A stretch of DNA of 64,000 nt from assembly GCA_903889565.1 (NCBI GenBank), contig CAISYC010000027.1:864-64863 (forward strand). Reading direction: 5' to 3'. Position 1 is the first letter of the stretch. Each line of letters begins with the position of its first letter. The notes beneath the pieces are model-generated. The model was not told the origin of the DNA, did no database searches, and worked only from the letters and a program-made list of their open reading frames with translations. This document shows positions 29,603-38,995 of this stretch, piece after piece. The DNA comes from an uncultured beta proteobacterium (GTDB taxonomy: Bacteria > Pseudomonadota > Gammaproteobacteria > Burkholderiales > SG8-41). The translations under genes were made by a program, and so were the position numbers.

Positions 29603-30367
29603 TTGAAGTTCGACGACTACGCGCAGAGTTACCGCTTCATCAAGCTCGAAAGGCGCGACGGCATTCTGCAGATGACGCTGCACAGCGACGGCGGCCCCCT
29701 GCGCTGGGGACTCGACGCGCAGGCCGAAATGGCGCGCGCGCTCGCCGAAATCGGCAGCGACCGCGACAACCGCATCATCATACTCACCGGCAGCGGCGGC
29801 GAATTCAGCGGCCCGCGGCTCGATCCGGAGGCGGAGTTTTTTCACGGCGCGAAGCTGACCCCGTCGGGCGTGCATGAGGTGTTTGTCAATGCGAGGAAGC
29901 TGGTCAATGCGCATCTTGCCATCGAGGTGCCGATCATCGCCGCGGTCAACGGCCCGGCCAAGCGCCATGCCGATCTCGCGCTGATGTGCGACATCGTGCT
30001 CGCCAGCGACGACGCATCGTTCGAGGACAGCGCGCATTTCGCCAACGGCAGCATCGCGCCCGGCGACGGCATTAACGTCGTTTACACCATGCTGATCGGG
30101 CTTAACCGCGCGCGCTACCTGATGCTGACCGGGCAGGTGCTCGGCGCGCGCGAGGCGAAGGAGATGGGGCTGGTTGCCGAAGTAATGCCGCGCGACCGGC
30201 TGATGCCGCGCGCGTGGGAGCTCGCGCATCAGCTCGCAAAAAAATCCGACATGCTGCTGCGCTACACGCGCGCGGTGCTGACGCATCCGCTGAAAAAGCA
30301 GATCGACGAGGGCCTGCCCTACTATCTGGCGATGGAAGCGTTGTCGACGCTGGACCGGTCGCAGTAA
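29603..30367 (+). CDS. Crotonase-superfamily enzyme (6-oxocamphor hydrolase-like)
   Basis: IILTGSG, IAAVNGP, FEDSAHF..IAPGDG; TTG start inferred. Confidence 0.8.
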   Translation: MKFDDYAQSYRFIKLERRDGILQMTLHSDGGPLRWGLDAQAEMARALAEIGSDRDNRIIILTGSGGEFSGPRLDPEAEFFHGAKLTPSGVHEVFVNARKLVNAHLAIEVPIIAAVNGPAKRHADLALMCDIVLASDDASFEDSAHFANGSIAPGDGINVVYTMLIGLNRARYLMLTGQVLGAREAKEMGLVAEVMPRDRLMPRAWELAHQLAKKSDMLLRYTRAVLTHPLKKQIDEGLPYYLAMEALSTLDRSQ

Positions 30368-30409
30368 CCGCTCGGCAAACTGCCGGACGAACGAATCAAC
30401 CGACCGGTT

Positions 30410-31324
30410 TTAATCCGGCAACGCGATGACCTCGCCGAGCCCCGAGTGGTCATGCCGCGTGCCGAACTGCCGGGTGAACAGGGACTGCGCGAACTCGCCG
30501 GAACAGTGGCCCGCCGCAACGCGCTCGAGCTTCCACTTCTGCTGGAAATTGCTGACGATCTGCGTGACTTGTTCATCGGTCTGATCGACCAGATGCAGAC
30601 CGCCGAACACGGAGTAGAGCCGCGGGTCGATCTGGCTTGCGGCGGCGAGGATCTTCTCGATGCCCGGATGCGAACAGCCGACGACCACGACCAGTCCCTT
30701 CGGCGTCCGGATTGCCATCGACAGTTCGTTCATTTCCAGCGTGCCCTTGTTTTCCGACACGGTTCTGAACAGAAAGAATCCCGGCATCACCTCCAGCGGC
30801 TTGTCGATCTGGCTGATGTTGGCGCCGGGCCATGGCGAATCGACCGCATAGGTATCGGGATATTTGCCCTCGAAATAATGCATATCATCGGGCGCATCGA
30901 CGACCCGCCGTTCGATCAGTTTCGCCAGCGGCGCCCCCTTGGCGACCGAAGTACCGAACATCGCCCCTTCAAACGGGGCATAGATTTTGATTTTCGGATT
31001 CTGCTGCAGCACGTAAGCGAGACCCGAGGTGTGATCGCCATGCCGGTGCGACAGGACGACGAAGTCGAGCGTCTTGAGATCGATTTTCAGCTTGCGTACA
31101 TTGTCGGCGAAAACGCGATACTGCCCGCCGGTATCGAACAATATGCGCTTGCCGCCATACTCGATCAGCGCGGAGTAACCCCAGCCGCGCTCCAGATCGG
31201 ACGGTTTGCCGAAGGCATCGTAAATGATCGTCACCCGTGCCGGACTCTCGCCGGCATGACCGGCGAAGCTGATTGCGCAAAGCAATATCGCGGCGAAAGC
31301 AGCAGACAGAAAACGGCTGATCAT
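30410..31324 (-). CDS. Exported MBL-fold metallo-hydrolase
   Basis: Signal peptide; LFDTG, SHRHGDH, GCSHPG, GGLH, GHCSG. Confidence 0.85.
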   Translation of the reverse strand: MISRFLSAAFAAILLCAISFAGHAGESPARVTIIYDAFGKPSDLERGWGYSALIEYGGKRILFDTGGQYRVFADNVRKLKIDLKTLDFVVLSHRHGDHTSGLAYVLQQNPKIKIYAPFEGAMFGTSVAKGAPLAKLIERRVVDAPDDMHYFEGKYPDTYAVDSPWPGANISQIDKPLEVMPGFFLFRTVSENKGTLEMNELSMAIRTPKGLVVVVGCSHPGIEKILAAASQIDPRLYSVFGGLHLVDQTDEQVTQIVSNFQQKWKLERVAAGHCSGEFAQSLFTRQFGTRHDHSGLGEVIALPD

Positions 31325-31556
31325 GTTTGTTCCTTTTACTGGTTGACGGCAGCGCGGTCGGCAACGGTGACTGCCGCGGTCAACGGCGGCAGGCAGAACA
31401 CGGCGATGAAGCAGAAGCAAATACGTGCACGGGTCCTGCATGGCAAGTCTCCTCGTTATTCTTCAAATACTATAACCGGCTTTGCGCAACACCCGGATGA
31501 CGGGTTGTCTACCAACGCAGCCGCAGGCCTGCGAAAAGAGCGACTGCGATTGCGCT

Positions 31557-32519
31557 TCAGTCACGCGCCTTGATGAACTTCGGCCAGCGTTCCATTTCCG
31601 CGCGAATAAACGCGTCGGTCTGTTCAGGCGTGCCGCCGCCGACCTCGACACCATCGGCGGCGAGTTTCGCGCGCAAGGCCGGATCGGCCAGCCCCCGGTT
31701 GATGACGGCGTTGAGCGTGCGAATGATTTCGCGCGGCGTTTTTGCCGGCGCCATCACCGCGAACCATGCACGCACGTCGAAGCCGGGCAGCCCCGCCTCG
31801 GCAATCGTCGGCACGTCCGGCGCGAGCGAGGCGCGGCTGATGCTGGTCACGGCGAGCATGCGCAGGCGCCCGGCACGCGCCAGCGGCAAGCTGGTGTTGA
31901 TGGTGTCGAACATCATGGTTACCTGACCGCCGAGGAGATCGGTCAGCGCCGGCGCGTTGCCTTTGTAGGGGATCTGCACGATGTCGATGCCGGCCATCTG
32001 GCGGAACAACAAGCCCGCCATCGACGGGCCGCCGCCGGCCGAACCGGCGGCAAACTGCAACTGGCCGGGTCGCGCTTTGGCGAGCGCAATCAGGTCCTGC
32101 ACCGAATTGGCGGCTACCGACGGATGCACCACCAGCAGCAGCGGAATGTAGCCGACCAGCGTGATCGCGGAAAAATCCCGCAGCGTGTCGTACGGCAGTT
32201 TTTTAATGAAGATCGGATTTGTCGCGTGTGTCGAATAACCCATCATCAGCGTGTGGCCGTCGGGCGGCGACTTGGCAACGAGTTCGCTGCCGATGACTGC
32301 ACTGGCGCCGGCGCGATTATCGACAATCACCGGCACGCCGAATTTTTCGGCGAGTTGCTGCGCGACGACGCGGCTCAGCATGTCCACCGCGCCGCCCGGC
32401 GGCGACGGGCAGATCAACCGCAGCGGCCGCGCGGGATAGGGGTCGGCGGCCACTGTCGCCGCGATCAGCATCAGCGCCGCGCAGCCGGCGTAGCGCCAGG
32501 ACAGAACCGTCGCGCGCAT
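31557..32519 (-). CDS. Bug/TctC substrate-binding protein
   Basis: YPARPLRLICPSPPGGAVD, PYKGNAPA. Confidence 0.9.
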   Translation of the reverse strand: MRATVLSWRYAGCAALMLIAATVAADPYPARPLRLICPSPPGGAVDMLSRVVAQQLAEKFGVPVIVDNRAGASAVIGSELVAKSPPDGHTLMMGYSTHATNPIFIKKLPYDTLRDFSAITLVGYIPLLLVVHPSVAANSVQDLIALAKARPGQLQFAAGSAGGGPSMAGLLFRQMAGIDIVQIPYKGNAPALTDLLGGQVTMMFDTINTSLPLARAGRLRMLAVTSISRASLAPDVPTIAEAGLPGFDVRAWFAVMAPAKTPREIIRTLNAVINRGLADPALRAKLAADGVEVGGGTPEQTDAFIRAEMERWPKFIKARD

Positions 32520-32530
32520 CGCAGTGAAGA

Positions 32531-32911
32531 TTACGCGGCGGCCGCTTCGGCAAACACGGCGCGCGCCACGCGCAAACCCTCGACCGCGGCCGGCATGCCG
32601 CAATAAACACCGGCCTGCAGCATGATTTCGACGATTTCTTCGCGCGTCACGCCGTTGCCGAGCGCGGCGCGAATGTGCGTCTGCAATTCGGTCGAACGGT
32701 TGAGCGCCGTGAGCATGGTGACCGTGAGCATGCAGCGGATGCGCGGCTCCAGACCCGGCCGCGCCCACACCGCGCCCCAGCAGAATTCGTTTACAAGTTG
32801 CTGCAGCGCTTCGGTGTATTGGTCGGTGGCGGCGAGCGTGCGCTCGACATGTGAGGCGCCCAGTACCTGCTTACGCATTTCGAGACCACGGTCATGTTGC
32901 TGGCTGGACAT
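32531..32911 (-). CDS. Carboxymuconolactone decarboxylase-family protein (PcaC-like)
   Basis: RGLEMRKQVLG, CWGAVWARPGL, LQAGVYCGMPA. Confidence 0.88.
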   Translation of the reverse strand: MSSQQHDRGLEMRKQVLGASHVERTLAATDQYTEALQQLVNEFCWGAVWARPGLEPRIRCMLTVTMLTALNRSTELQTHIRAALGNGVTREEIVEIMLQAGVYCGMPAAVEGLRVARAVFAEAAAA

Positions 32912-33068
32912 CGGCGCACCCTCCGTTAAATATTCGACAGAGGATTCTACGCTGATGACCGCATTGCCATGCGCAGCGCCTTGTTGACACCCTGTTTTGC
33001 GTCGTTCACCATGCGTCAGGCGCCGCGCCACACCGCATACAACAACCGCGCGTCGCAGGAGGCTATCC

Positions 33069-34031
33069 ATGAAACTGCACCGCGCCGTCGCTGTTGTCGC
33101 CGCATTGCTCGCACCGCTGGCCGCCGCCAGCGAATATCCGGCCAAGCCGATCCGCATCATCGTGCAATTCACACCCGGCACTTCGACCGATGTGCTCGCG
33201 CGCCTGGTCGCGGCGAAGATGAGCGATCACTGGAACCAGCAGGTGGTCGTGGACAACAAGCCGGGTGCAGGCGCGGTCCTCGGCACCGAGCTGGGCGCGA
33301 AGGCGCCGCATGACGGCTATACGTTGACGATGGCGGTATCCAGCGCCTTCGGCATCAACCCGACGCTCTACGCGAAGCTGCCGTACGACGCGATCAACGA
33401 TTTCGCGCCGATCACGAATCTGGGATTGACGCCGCAGACGCTGGTGGTAAACCCGGCCGAGAGCTACAAGACGGTGAAGGAATTCGTCGCCGCTGCGAAA
33501 GCAAAACCGGGCACCATCAACTTTGCCTCGCTCGGCAGCGGCTCGACCAGCCATCTGACGACCGAAATGTTCGCCAGCATTGCCGGCATCAAGCTCAATC
33601 ACGTGCCGTTCAAGGGCAGCGCCGATGCGCATACGCAGATCATCGGCGGCCAGGTGCCAATGATGTTCGACGCGATTCCGGCAACCCTGCCGCATATCAA
33701 ATCGGGCCGCCTGCGCGGGCTCGGCATCGCGACGCTGAAACGCTCGCCCTATCTGCCCGATCTGCCGACGATTGCCGAGTCGGGTTACGCGGGCTTCGAG
33801 GCGGTCGGCTGGATCGGCATCGCGGCGCCGGCGAAAACACCCGCGCCCATCCTCGACAAGCTCAACGCCGAGATGGTGCGCATCCTCGGCGAAGCGGACG
33901 TGAAGGAAAAACTCGCCACGCTCGCGTTCACTCCGGTGGGCGACACGCGCGAACAGTTTGCCGCCTATATCAAGGCTGAGATCGCCAAATGGGGCGCCGC
34001 GGTGAAAGCGTCGGGCGCGAAAGCGGAGTGA
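33069..34031 (+). CDS. Bug/TctC substrate-binding protein
   Basis: YPAKPIRIIVQFTPGTSTD, DNKPGAG. Confidence 0.9.
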   Translation: MKLHRAVAVVAALLAPLAAASEYPAKPIRIIVQFTPGTSTDVLARLVAAKMSDHWNQQVVVDNKPGAGAVLGTELGAKAPHDGYTLTMAVSSAFGINPTLYAKLPYDAINDFAPITNLGLTPQTLVVNPAESYKTVKEFVAAAKAKPGTINFASLGSGSTSHLTTEMFASIAGIKLNHVPFKGSADAHTQIIGGQVPMMFDAIPATLPHIKSGRLRGLGIATLKRSPYLPDLPTIAESGYAGFEAVGWIGIAAPAKTPAPILDKLNAEMVRILGEADVKEKLATLAFTPVGDTREQFAAYIKAEIAKWGAAVKASGAKAE

Positions 34032-34085
34032 CGCGGCGCGCGAAAACCCGCCGGCATCGATGTTCACTTGATCGTCGCCTGATTG

Positions 34086-34124
34086 CCCCTGCCCCAACCC
34101 TCCCCCGTGATGCAGCGCAGGGAG
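34086..34124. repeat. Degenerate REP-like palindrome
   Basis: cccctgccccaaccctcccccg...gggag. Confidence 0.45.
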
Positions 34125-34224
34125 CCCGGCGGTTGACCAGCCAACTAAAACCAATCCGTGAGTTGTAAAATCTCGCCTCCGCGCCGCCGGGCGCGCCCAT
34201 CATCGAACCGCAGGAGCATGCGCC

Positions 34225-35076
34225 TTGACGCAGGATTTCGAAAAGCTGAAGGAATGGATCGGCCAGAAAGAAACCGATATCGATTACGTGACGATTCCGT
34301 CGGTGCATCGCCTCGCGGCGACACTCGATCGCGATGACGCGATGCCGAAATTCGGCGACGTATTGCCGCCGGGCTGGCATTCGATATTGTTTCCGCGTGT
34401 CGTACGTCATGCGCAGGTAGGAAAAGATGGCCATCCCGAACGCGGCGATTTTCTGCCGCCGGTGCCGCTGCCGCGCCGCATGTTTGCGGGAAAACGCATC
34501 ACGCTCCACCACCCGCTGCTGGTCGGCGATGAAGTCAAACGCGAATCGACCATCATGAGTGTGACGCCGAAAACCGGCCGCACCGGCCAGATGGTGTTCG
34601 TCACGGTAAAAACCGACATGATCAGCCCGCGCGGCGTCGCGATCACCGAAGAGCAGGACATCGTCTATCGCGAAGAACCGGCGAAAGGCGCGCCGCCGCC
34701 CGAGCCGCAACCGGCACCGGGCACCGCGGTGTGGCAGAAAACGGTGACGCCCGATCCGGTGATGCTGTTCCGTTATTCGGCGCTGACCTTCAACGGCCAC
34801 CGCATTCATTACGATCATCAGTATGTGACGCAGGTCGAGGGCTACCCCGAGCGCGTGATGAACGGCGGCCTCACCACGCTGCTCGTGTTCGAACTCGCGC
34901 GCGCCAACGCCAAGACGCCGCTCAAATTCATCAGTTCGCGCAACGTGCGGCCGATGTTTGTCAACCGGCCGATCAGCGTCTGCGGCGAACCGTCGGCCGA
35001 CGGCAAGTCCGCCAAACTGTGGACGCTCGACGACACCGGCGCATTGTCGCTGTCGGCCACCGCGGAGTTTCAATAG
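34225..35076 (+). CDS. Double hot-dog acyl-CoA hydratase (Ich/Meh/HTD2-like)
   Basis: DGHPERGDFLPPVPLPRRMFAG, LFRYSALTFNGHRIHYD. Confidence 0.85.
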   Translation: MTQDFEKLKEWIGQKETDIDYVTIPSVHRLAATLDRDDAMPKFGDVLPPGWHSILFPRVVRHAQVGKDGHPERGDFLPPVPLPRRMFAGKRITLHHPLLVGDEVKRESTIMSVTPKTGRTGQMVFVTVKTDMISPRGVAITEEQDIVYREEPAKGAPPPEPQPAPGTAVWQKTVTPDPVMLFRYSALTFNGHRIHYDHQYVTQVEGYPERVMNGGLTTLLVFELARANAKTPLKFISSRNVRPMFVNRPISVCGEPSADGKSAKLWTLDDTGALSLSATAEFQ

Positions 35077-35077
35077 C

Positions 35078-36289
35078 ATGGCGGGCGGTCCGCTCGAGGG
35101 CGTGCGCGTCGTTGACCTCACCTCGGTGGTGGTCGGCCCGCTGGCGACGCAGATCCTCGCCGATCACGGCGCGGAAATCATCAAGGTCGAAACCAAGGCC
35201 GGCGACCTGATCCGCTTCATGAACGGCAAATCAGTGACACCGGGCATGGGTGCCAAGTTTCTGCACCTGAATCGCAACAAGCGCTCGATCGTGCTCGACC
35301 TCAAACAGGCCACCGGCATGGAGGCCTTGAAACGCCTGATCGCCAAGGCCGACGTGCTGGTATGGAACGTGCGGCCGGCAGCGATGGCGCGGCTCGGCCT
35401 TGCATACGAAGACGTCAAGCGGATCAATCCGAAAATCGTCTATTGCGGCTTGTACGGCTTCGGGCAGGACGGGCGCTACAAAGACAAGGCCGCCTACGAC
35501 ACCATCATCCAGGGTTCGGCCGGCATGGCGGCGCTGCACGAACGTGCCACCGGCGAACCGCGCTACGTACCGATGGTGGTGGCCGACAAGACGGTCGGCC
35601 TGATCGCGGTGCAGATGATCATGATGGCGCTCTACCGCCGCGAAAAAACCGGCGAAGGCAGCTCGATCGGCATTCCGATGTTCGAGAACCTGGTCAAGTT
35701 CGTGCTCGAAGAGCATATGTATCTGACCACCTTCGAGCCGCCGATCGGCGGCACCGGCGATCCGCGCCTGCTCGATCCGCAAACCAAACCGATTCCGACC
35801 AAGGACGGCTATATCTGCATTTCGGCCAACACCAATCCGCAGGCCTTCGGCCTGTTCGACGCGATCGGCCGCCCGGAACTCAAAACCGACCCGCGGCTCG
35901 ACAGCGTGCAGACGCGCTTCGCCAATGTTTCGTATTACCTTGAAGTGCGCAACGCGGCCTTCGCGTCCAAAACGACCGCGGAGTGGCTGAAGCTGCTCGA
36001 CGAACACGATGTGCCGGCGATGCCGTATCACACGCTGGAGAGCGTGCAGGAAGATCCGCATCTGACCGACGCGGGATTTTTTCTGACCAGGGACCATCCT
36101 ACCGAAGGCAGGATTCGCGAAATGCGCCTGCCCAATGTGTGGTCCTGCGGCACGCGTAAGGAATGGTCGGCAGCGCCGAAGCTCGGCCAGCAGTCGGTGG
36201 AAGTGCTGCGCGAAGCGGGCTTCGATGCCGCCGCAATCGAACAAATGGTCGCCAGCGGTGCGACCATCGACGGGCGGCTGAAAAAATAG
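35078..36289 (+). CDS. Class III CoA transferase (CaiB/BaiF)
   Basis: PLEGVRVVDL, LNRNKRS, AYDTIIQ, APKLGQ. Confidence 0.9.
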   Translation: MAGGPLEGVRVVDLTSVVVGPLATQILADHGAEIIKVETKAGDLIRFMNGKSVTPGMGAKFLHLNRNKRSIVLDLKQATGMEALKRLIAKADVLVWNVRPAAMARLGLAYEDVKRINPKIVYCGLYGFGQDGRYKDKAAYDTIIQGSAGMAALHERATGEPRYVPMVVADKTVGLIAVQMIMMALYRREKTGEGSSIGIPMFENLVKFVLEEHMYLTTFEPPIGGTGDPRLLDPQTKPIPTKDGYICISANTNPQAFGLFDAIGRPELKTDPRLDSVQTRFANVSYYLEVRNAAFASKTTAEWLKLLDEHDVPAMPYHTLESVQEDPHLTDAGFFLTRDHPTEGRIREMRLPNVWSCGTRKEWSAAPKLGQQSVEVLREAGFDAAAIEQMVASGATIDGRLKK

Positions 36290-36319
36290 CAGGAAATTCA
36301 AGCGCCGGGATTCGCAGTT

Positions 36320-36383
36320 GTAGCGCAGGCGACTCACCTGCATCAAACATCAAAAACGGAGGCAGGCGGTTCGCCTGCGCTAC
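36320..36383. repeat. GTAG-type REP doublet (REPIN)
   Basis: GTAGcgcaggcgactcacctgc and the inverted copy gcaggcggttcgcctgcgCTAC, 20 bp apart. Confidence 0.75.
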
Positions 36384-36395
36384 GGAAACAACGCC

Positions 36396-37220
36396 ATGAA
36401 AAAAACGGGACTTGTTGCATCACTGTTCGCCGCGGCGCTGTTGGCCGCCGCGCCGCTGGCAAGCGCCGCCGAATACCAGCCGCAGCCCTATCAGGAAGGC
36501 AAGGATGTGATCTGGCTGCCGACGCCGCAGGAGTTCGTCGACAAGATGCTCGACATGGCGCAGGTCGGCGACAAGGATTATGTGATCGACCTCGGCTCCG
36601 GTGACGGCCGTCTGGTGATCACCGCCGCCAAACGCGGCGCGCGCGGGCTTGGCATCGAATACAACCCGGACATGGTCGAATTCAGCAATCAGGCGGCGGA
36701 GAAAGCGCGCGTCACCGAGCACGCCAAATTCATTAAGGCGGACATCTTCGAGAGCGATTTCTCGCAGGCGACCGTGGTCACCATGTACCTGCTGTCATCG
36801 CTCAATCTCAAGCTGCGGCCGAAAATCCTCGATCTGAAGCCGGGCACGCGCGTAGTCTCGCATGCCTTCGACATGGCCGACTGGCAGGCCGACCGCATCG
36901 AAGCGGTGGCCGGCCGCACCGCCTACCTGTGGATCGTGCCGGCCAGGGTCGCCGGCAGCTGGCAAAGCACGCTGGGCGAACTGACGCTGAAGCAGAATTT
37001 CCAGATGCTGGAAGGCACGCTGAAGACGGGCACCGGTGCGGTGCCGATCAGCAAGGCGCGTCTGAACGGCGATCAGATCCGCTTCAGCGCCGGGGCGGTG
37101 GAATACAGCGGTCGCGTCAGCGGCAACCGCATCGAGGGCAGCTTCGAGGGCGCCGCTTCCGGGACCTGGAGCGCCACCCTGCGCGACAACAATCCGGTAT
37201 CATCGCCGAAAATCCCGTAA
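36396..37220 (+). CDS. Exported class I SAM-dependent methyltransferase, paralog 1
   Basis: Signal peptide ending ASA-AE; GKDVIWLPT, DLGSGDGR, GIEYN, ADIF. Confidence 0.85.
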   Translation: MKKTGLVASLFAAALLAAAPLASAAEYQPQPYQEGKDVIWLPTPQEFVDKMLDMAQVGDKDYVIDLGSGDGRLVITAAKRGARGLGIEYNPDMVEFSNQAAEKARVTEHAKFIKADIFESDFSQATVVTMYLLSSLNLKLRPKILDLKPGTRVVSHAFDMADWQADRIEAVAGRTAYLWIVPARVAGSWQSTLGELTLKQNFQMLEGTLKTGTGAVPISKARLNGDQIRFSAGAVEYSGRVSGNRIEGSFEGAASGTWSATLRDNNPVSSPKIP

Positions 37221-37248
37221 GTGCATTTCCCTCGGCCGGAGACCCCGC

Positions 37249-38055
37249 GTGTTTGCATTGCAAAGCCTGCATCGTTCGCTGCTCGCGCTGGCGTTCGCCG
37301 CCGTTGCCGGGGTCGCGGCTGCCGCCGCGCCATTTGCGCCACAGATCGGTCAGGAAGGCAAGGACGTCATCTGGGTGCCGACGCAGCAGGTGCTGATCGA
37401 ACGCATGCTCAACGCGGCCAAAGTCGCGCCGAACGATTACGTGATCGATCTCGGTTCCGGCGACGGCCGCACCGTGATCGCCGCGGCCAAACGCGGCGCC
37501 AAAGCGCTCGGTATCGAATACAACGCGGACATGGTCGAGCTGTCGAAACAAAATGCCGAAAAAGAAGGGGTCGCCGCCAGGGCCAGCTTCGTCAAGGCGG
37601 ATATTTTCGAGAGCGATTTTTCACAGGCGACGGTGATTACGATGTATCTGCTGCCGCAGATCAATCTCAAACTGCGGCCGAAGATTCTCGCGATGAAAGC
37701 GGGAACCCGCGTCGTGTCGAACACTTTCAAGATGGACGATTGGATCGCCGACGAAGAAATCAGTTCGCCGGACAACGTGGCATTCGGACCCAAAGCATTT
37801 ATGTGGATCGTGCCGGCGAAAGTCGAGGGCAACTGGCAGCTTGCGCAGGGCGAGCTTACGCTCAAGCAGAATTTCCAGATGCTCAGCGGCACGCTGAAGT
37901 CGGGCGCCTCGTCCATCACTATCAGCAGCGCGCGCCTCGACGGCGACCGCATCGCCTTCACCGTCGGCACCACCGAATACAGCGGCCGCGTCAGCGGCAA
38001 CGTCATGAGCGGCACGCTGAAAGGCGGCGCGACCTGGCAGGCGACGCGCCGTTGA
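37249..38055 (+). CDS. Exported class I SAM-dependent methyltransferase, paralog 2
   Basis: Signal peptide; GKDVIWVPT, DLGSGDGR, GIEYN. Confidence 0.85.
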   Translation: MFALQSLHRSLLALAFAAVAGVAAAAAPFAPQIGQEGKDVIWVPTQQVLIERMLNAAKVAPNDYVIDLGSGDGRTVIAAAKRGAKALGIEYNADMVELSKQNAEKEGVAARASFVKADIFESDFSQATVITMYLLPQINLKLRPKILAMKAGTRVVSNTFKMDDWIADEEISSPDNVAFGPKAFMWIVPAKVEGNWQLAQGELTLKQNFQMLSGTLKSGASSITISSARLDGDRIAFTVGTTEYSGRVSGNVMSGTLKGGATWQATRR

Positions 38056-38105
38056 CCGGTTTGACCAAACCCCATCCCTACAACCACTGCACACGGAGAA
38101 CGCTC

Positions 38106-38936
38106 ATGAACGGCATTTTCTTTATGCGGCAATTTTTCGTCCTCGCGGCCGGCGCGCTGCTCTCGCTCGGCGTCGCCGCGCAACCGGCGCAAAAGCCCTT
38201 CGAGCCCTATTCGGGCCAGCCGGGCAAGGATGTGGTGTGGGTGCCGACCGCGCAACCGATGGTGGACAGGATGCTCGATCTCGCCGGCGTGAAAGCGGGC
38301 GACGTGCACTTCGATCTCGGTTCCGGCGACGGCCGCACCGTCATCACTGCGACCAGGCGCGGCGCCAAGTCAACCGGCATCGAATACAACCCGGACATGG
38401 TCGAGTTGTCGAAACAGAACGCGGCCAGGGAAGGCGCGACCGGCGCCACCTTCATCAAGGCGGACCTGTTCGAAACCGACTTCTCGCACGCCACAGTGGT
38501 CACACTGTTTCTGCTGCCGGACATCAATCTCAAGCTGCAGCCGAAGATTCTCGACATGAAGCCGGGCACGCGCATCGTCTCCAACACATTCACGATGGGC
38601 GACTGGAAACCTGACGAAACCGCCAGCGTCGATGAAAACAAGGGCTGCAGCTATTACTGCACGGCGCTGCTGTGGATCGTGCCGGCGAAAGTGGCCGGCA
38701 CCTGGCAATCGGCGGCGGGCGAATTCACGCTGACGCAGGAATTCCAGGTGGTCGGCGGTACACTTAAAACCGGCGACAAGCTCTCGCCGGTGAGCGGCCG
38801 CCTGCGCGGCGACGCAATCACGTTGACCGCCGGCGGCATCGAATACAGCGGCCGCGTCAGCGGCAACAGCATCAGCGGCACTGCCAAGAGCGGCGGCGCA
38901 TTCACGGCGACGCGCAGCGGCAAAGCCGCCAAATGA
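38106..38936 (+). CDS. Exported class I SAM-dependent methyltransferase, paralog 3
   Basis: GGAGA RBS; signal peptide ending VAA-QP; GKDVVWVPT, DLGSGDGR; CSYYC loop. Confidence 0.85.
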   Translation: MNGIFFMRQFFVLAAGALLSLGVAAQPAQKPFEPYSGQPGKDVVWVPTAQPMVDRMLDLAGVKAGDVHFDLGSGDGRTVITATRRGAKSTGIEYNPDMVELSKQNAAREGATGATFIKADLFETDFSHATVVTLFLLPDINLKLQPKILDMKPGTRIVSNTFTMGDWKPDETASVDENKGCSYYCTALLWIVPAKVAGTWQSAAGEFTLTQEFQVVGGTLKTGDKLSPVSGRLRGDAITLTAGGIEYSGRVSGNSISGTAKSGGAFTATRSGKAAK

Positions 38937-38995
38937 TTTCAGGATTCGTTTTTTCATTTCAACACCCTTAACCGGCGCAACGCCGCGGAGACCAC

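Noticed and set aside
37221-38936. 571-aa ORF as a single large methyltransferase
   Set aside because: The first ~295 codons overlap paralog 2 in another frame; the RBS and signal peptide place the real start at about 38106.
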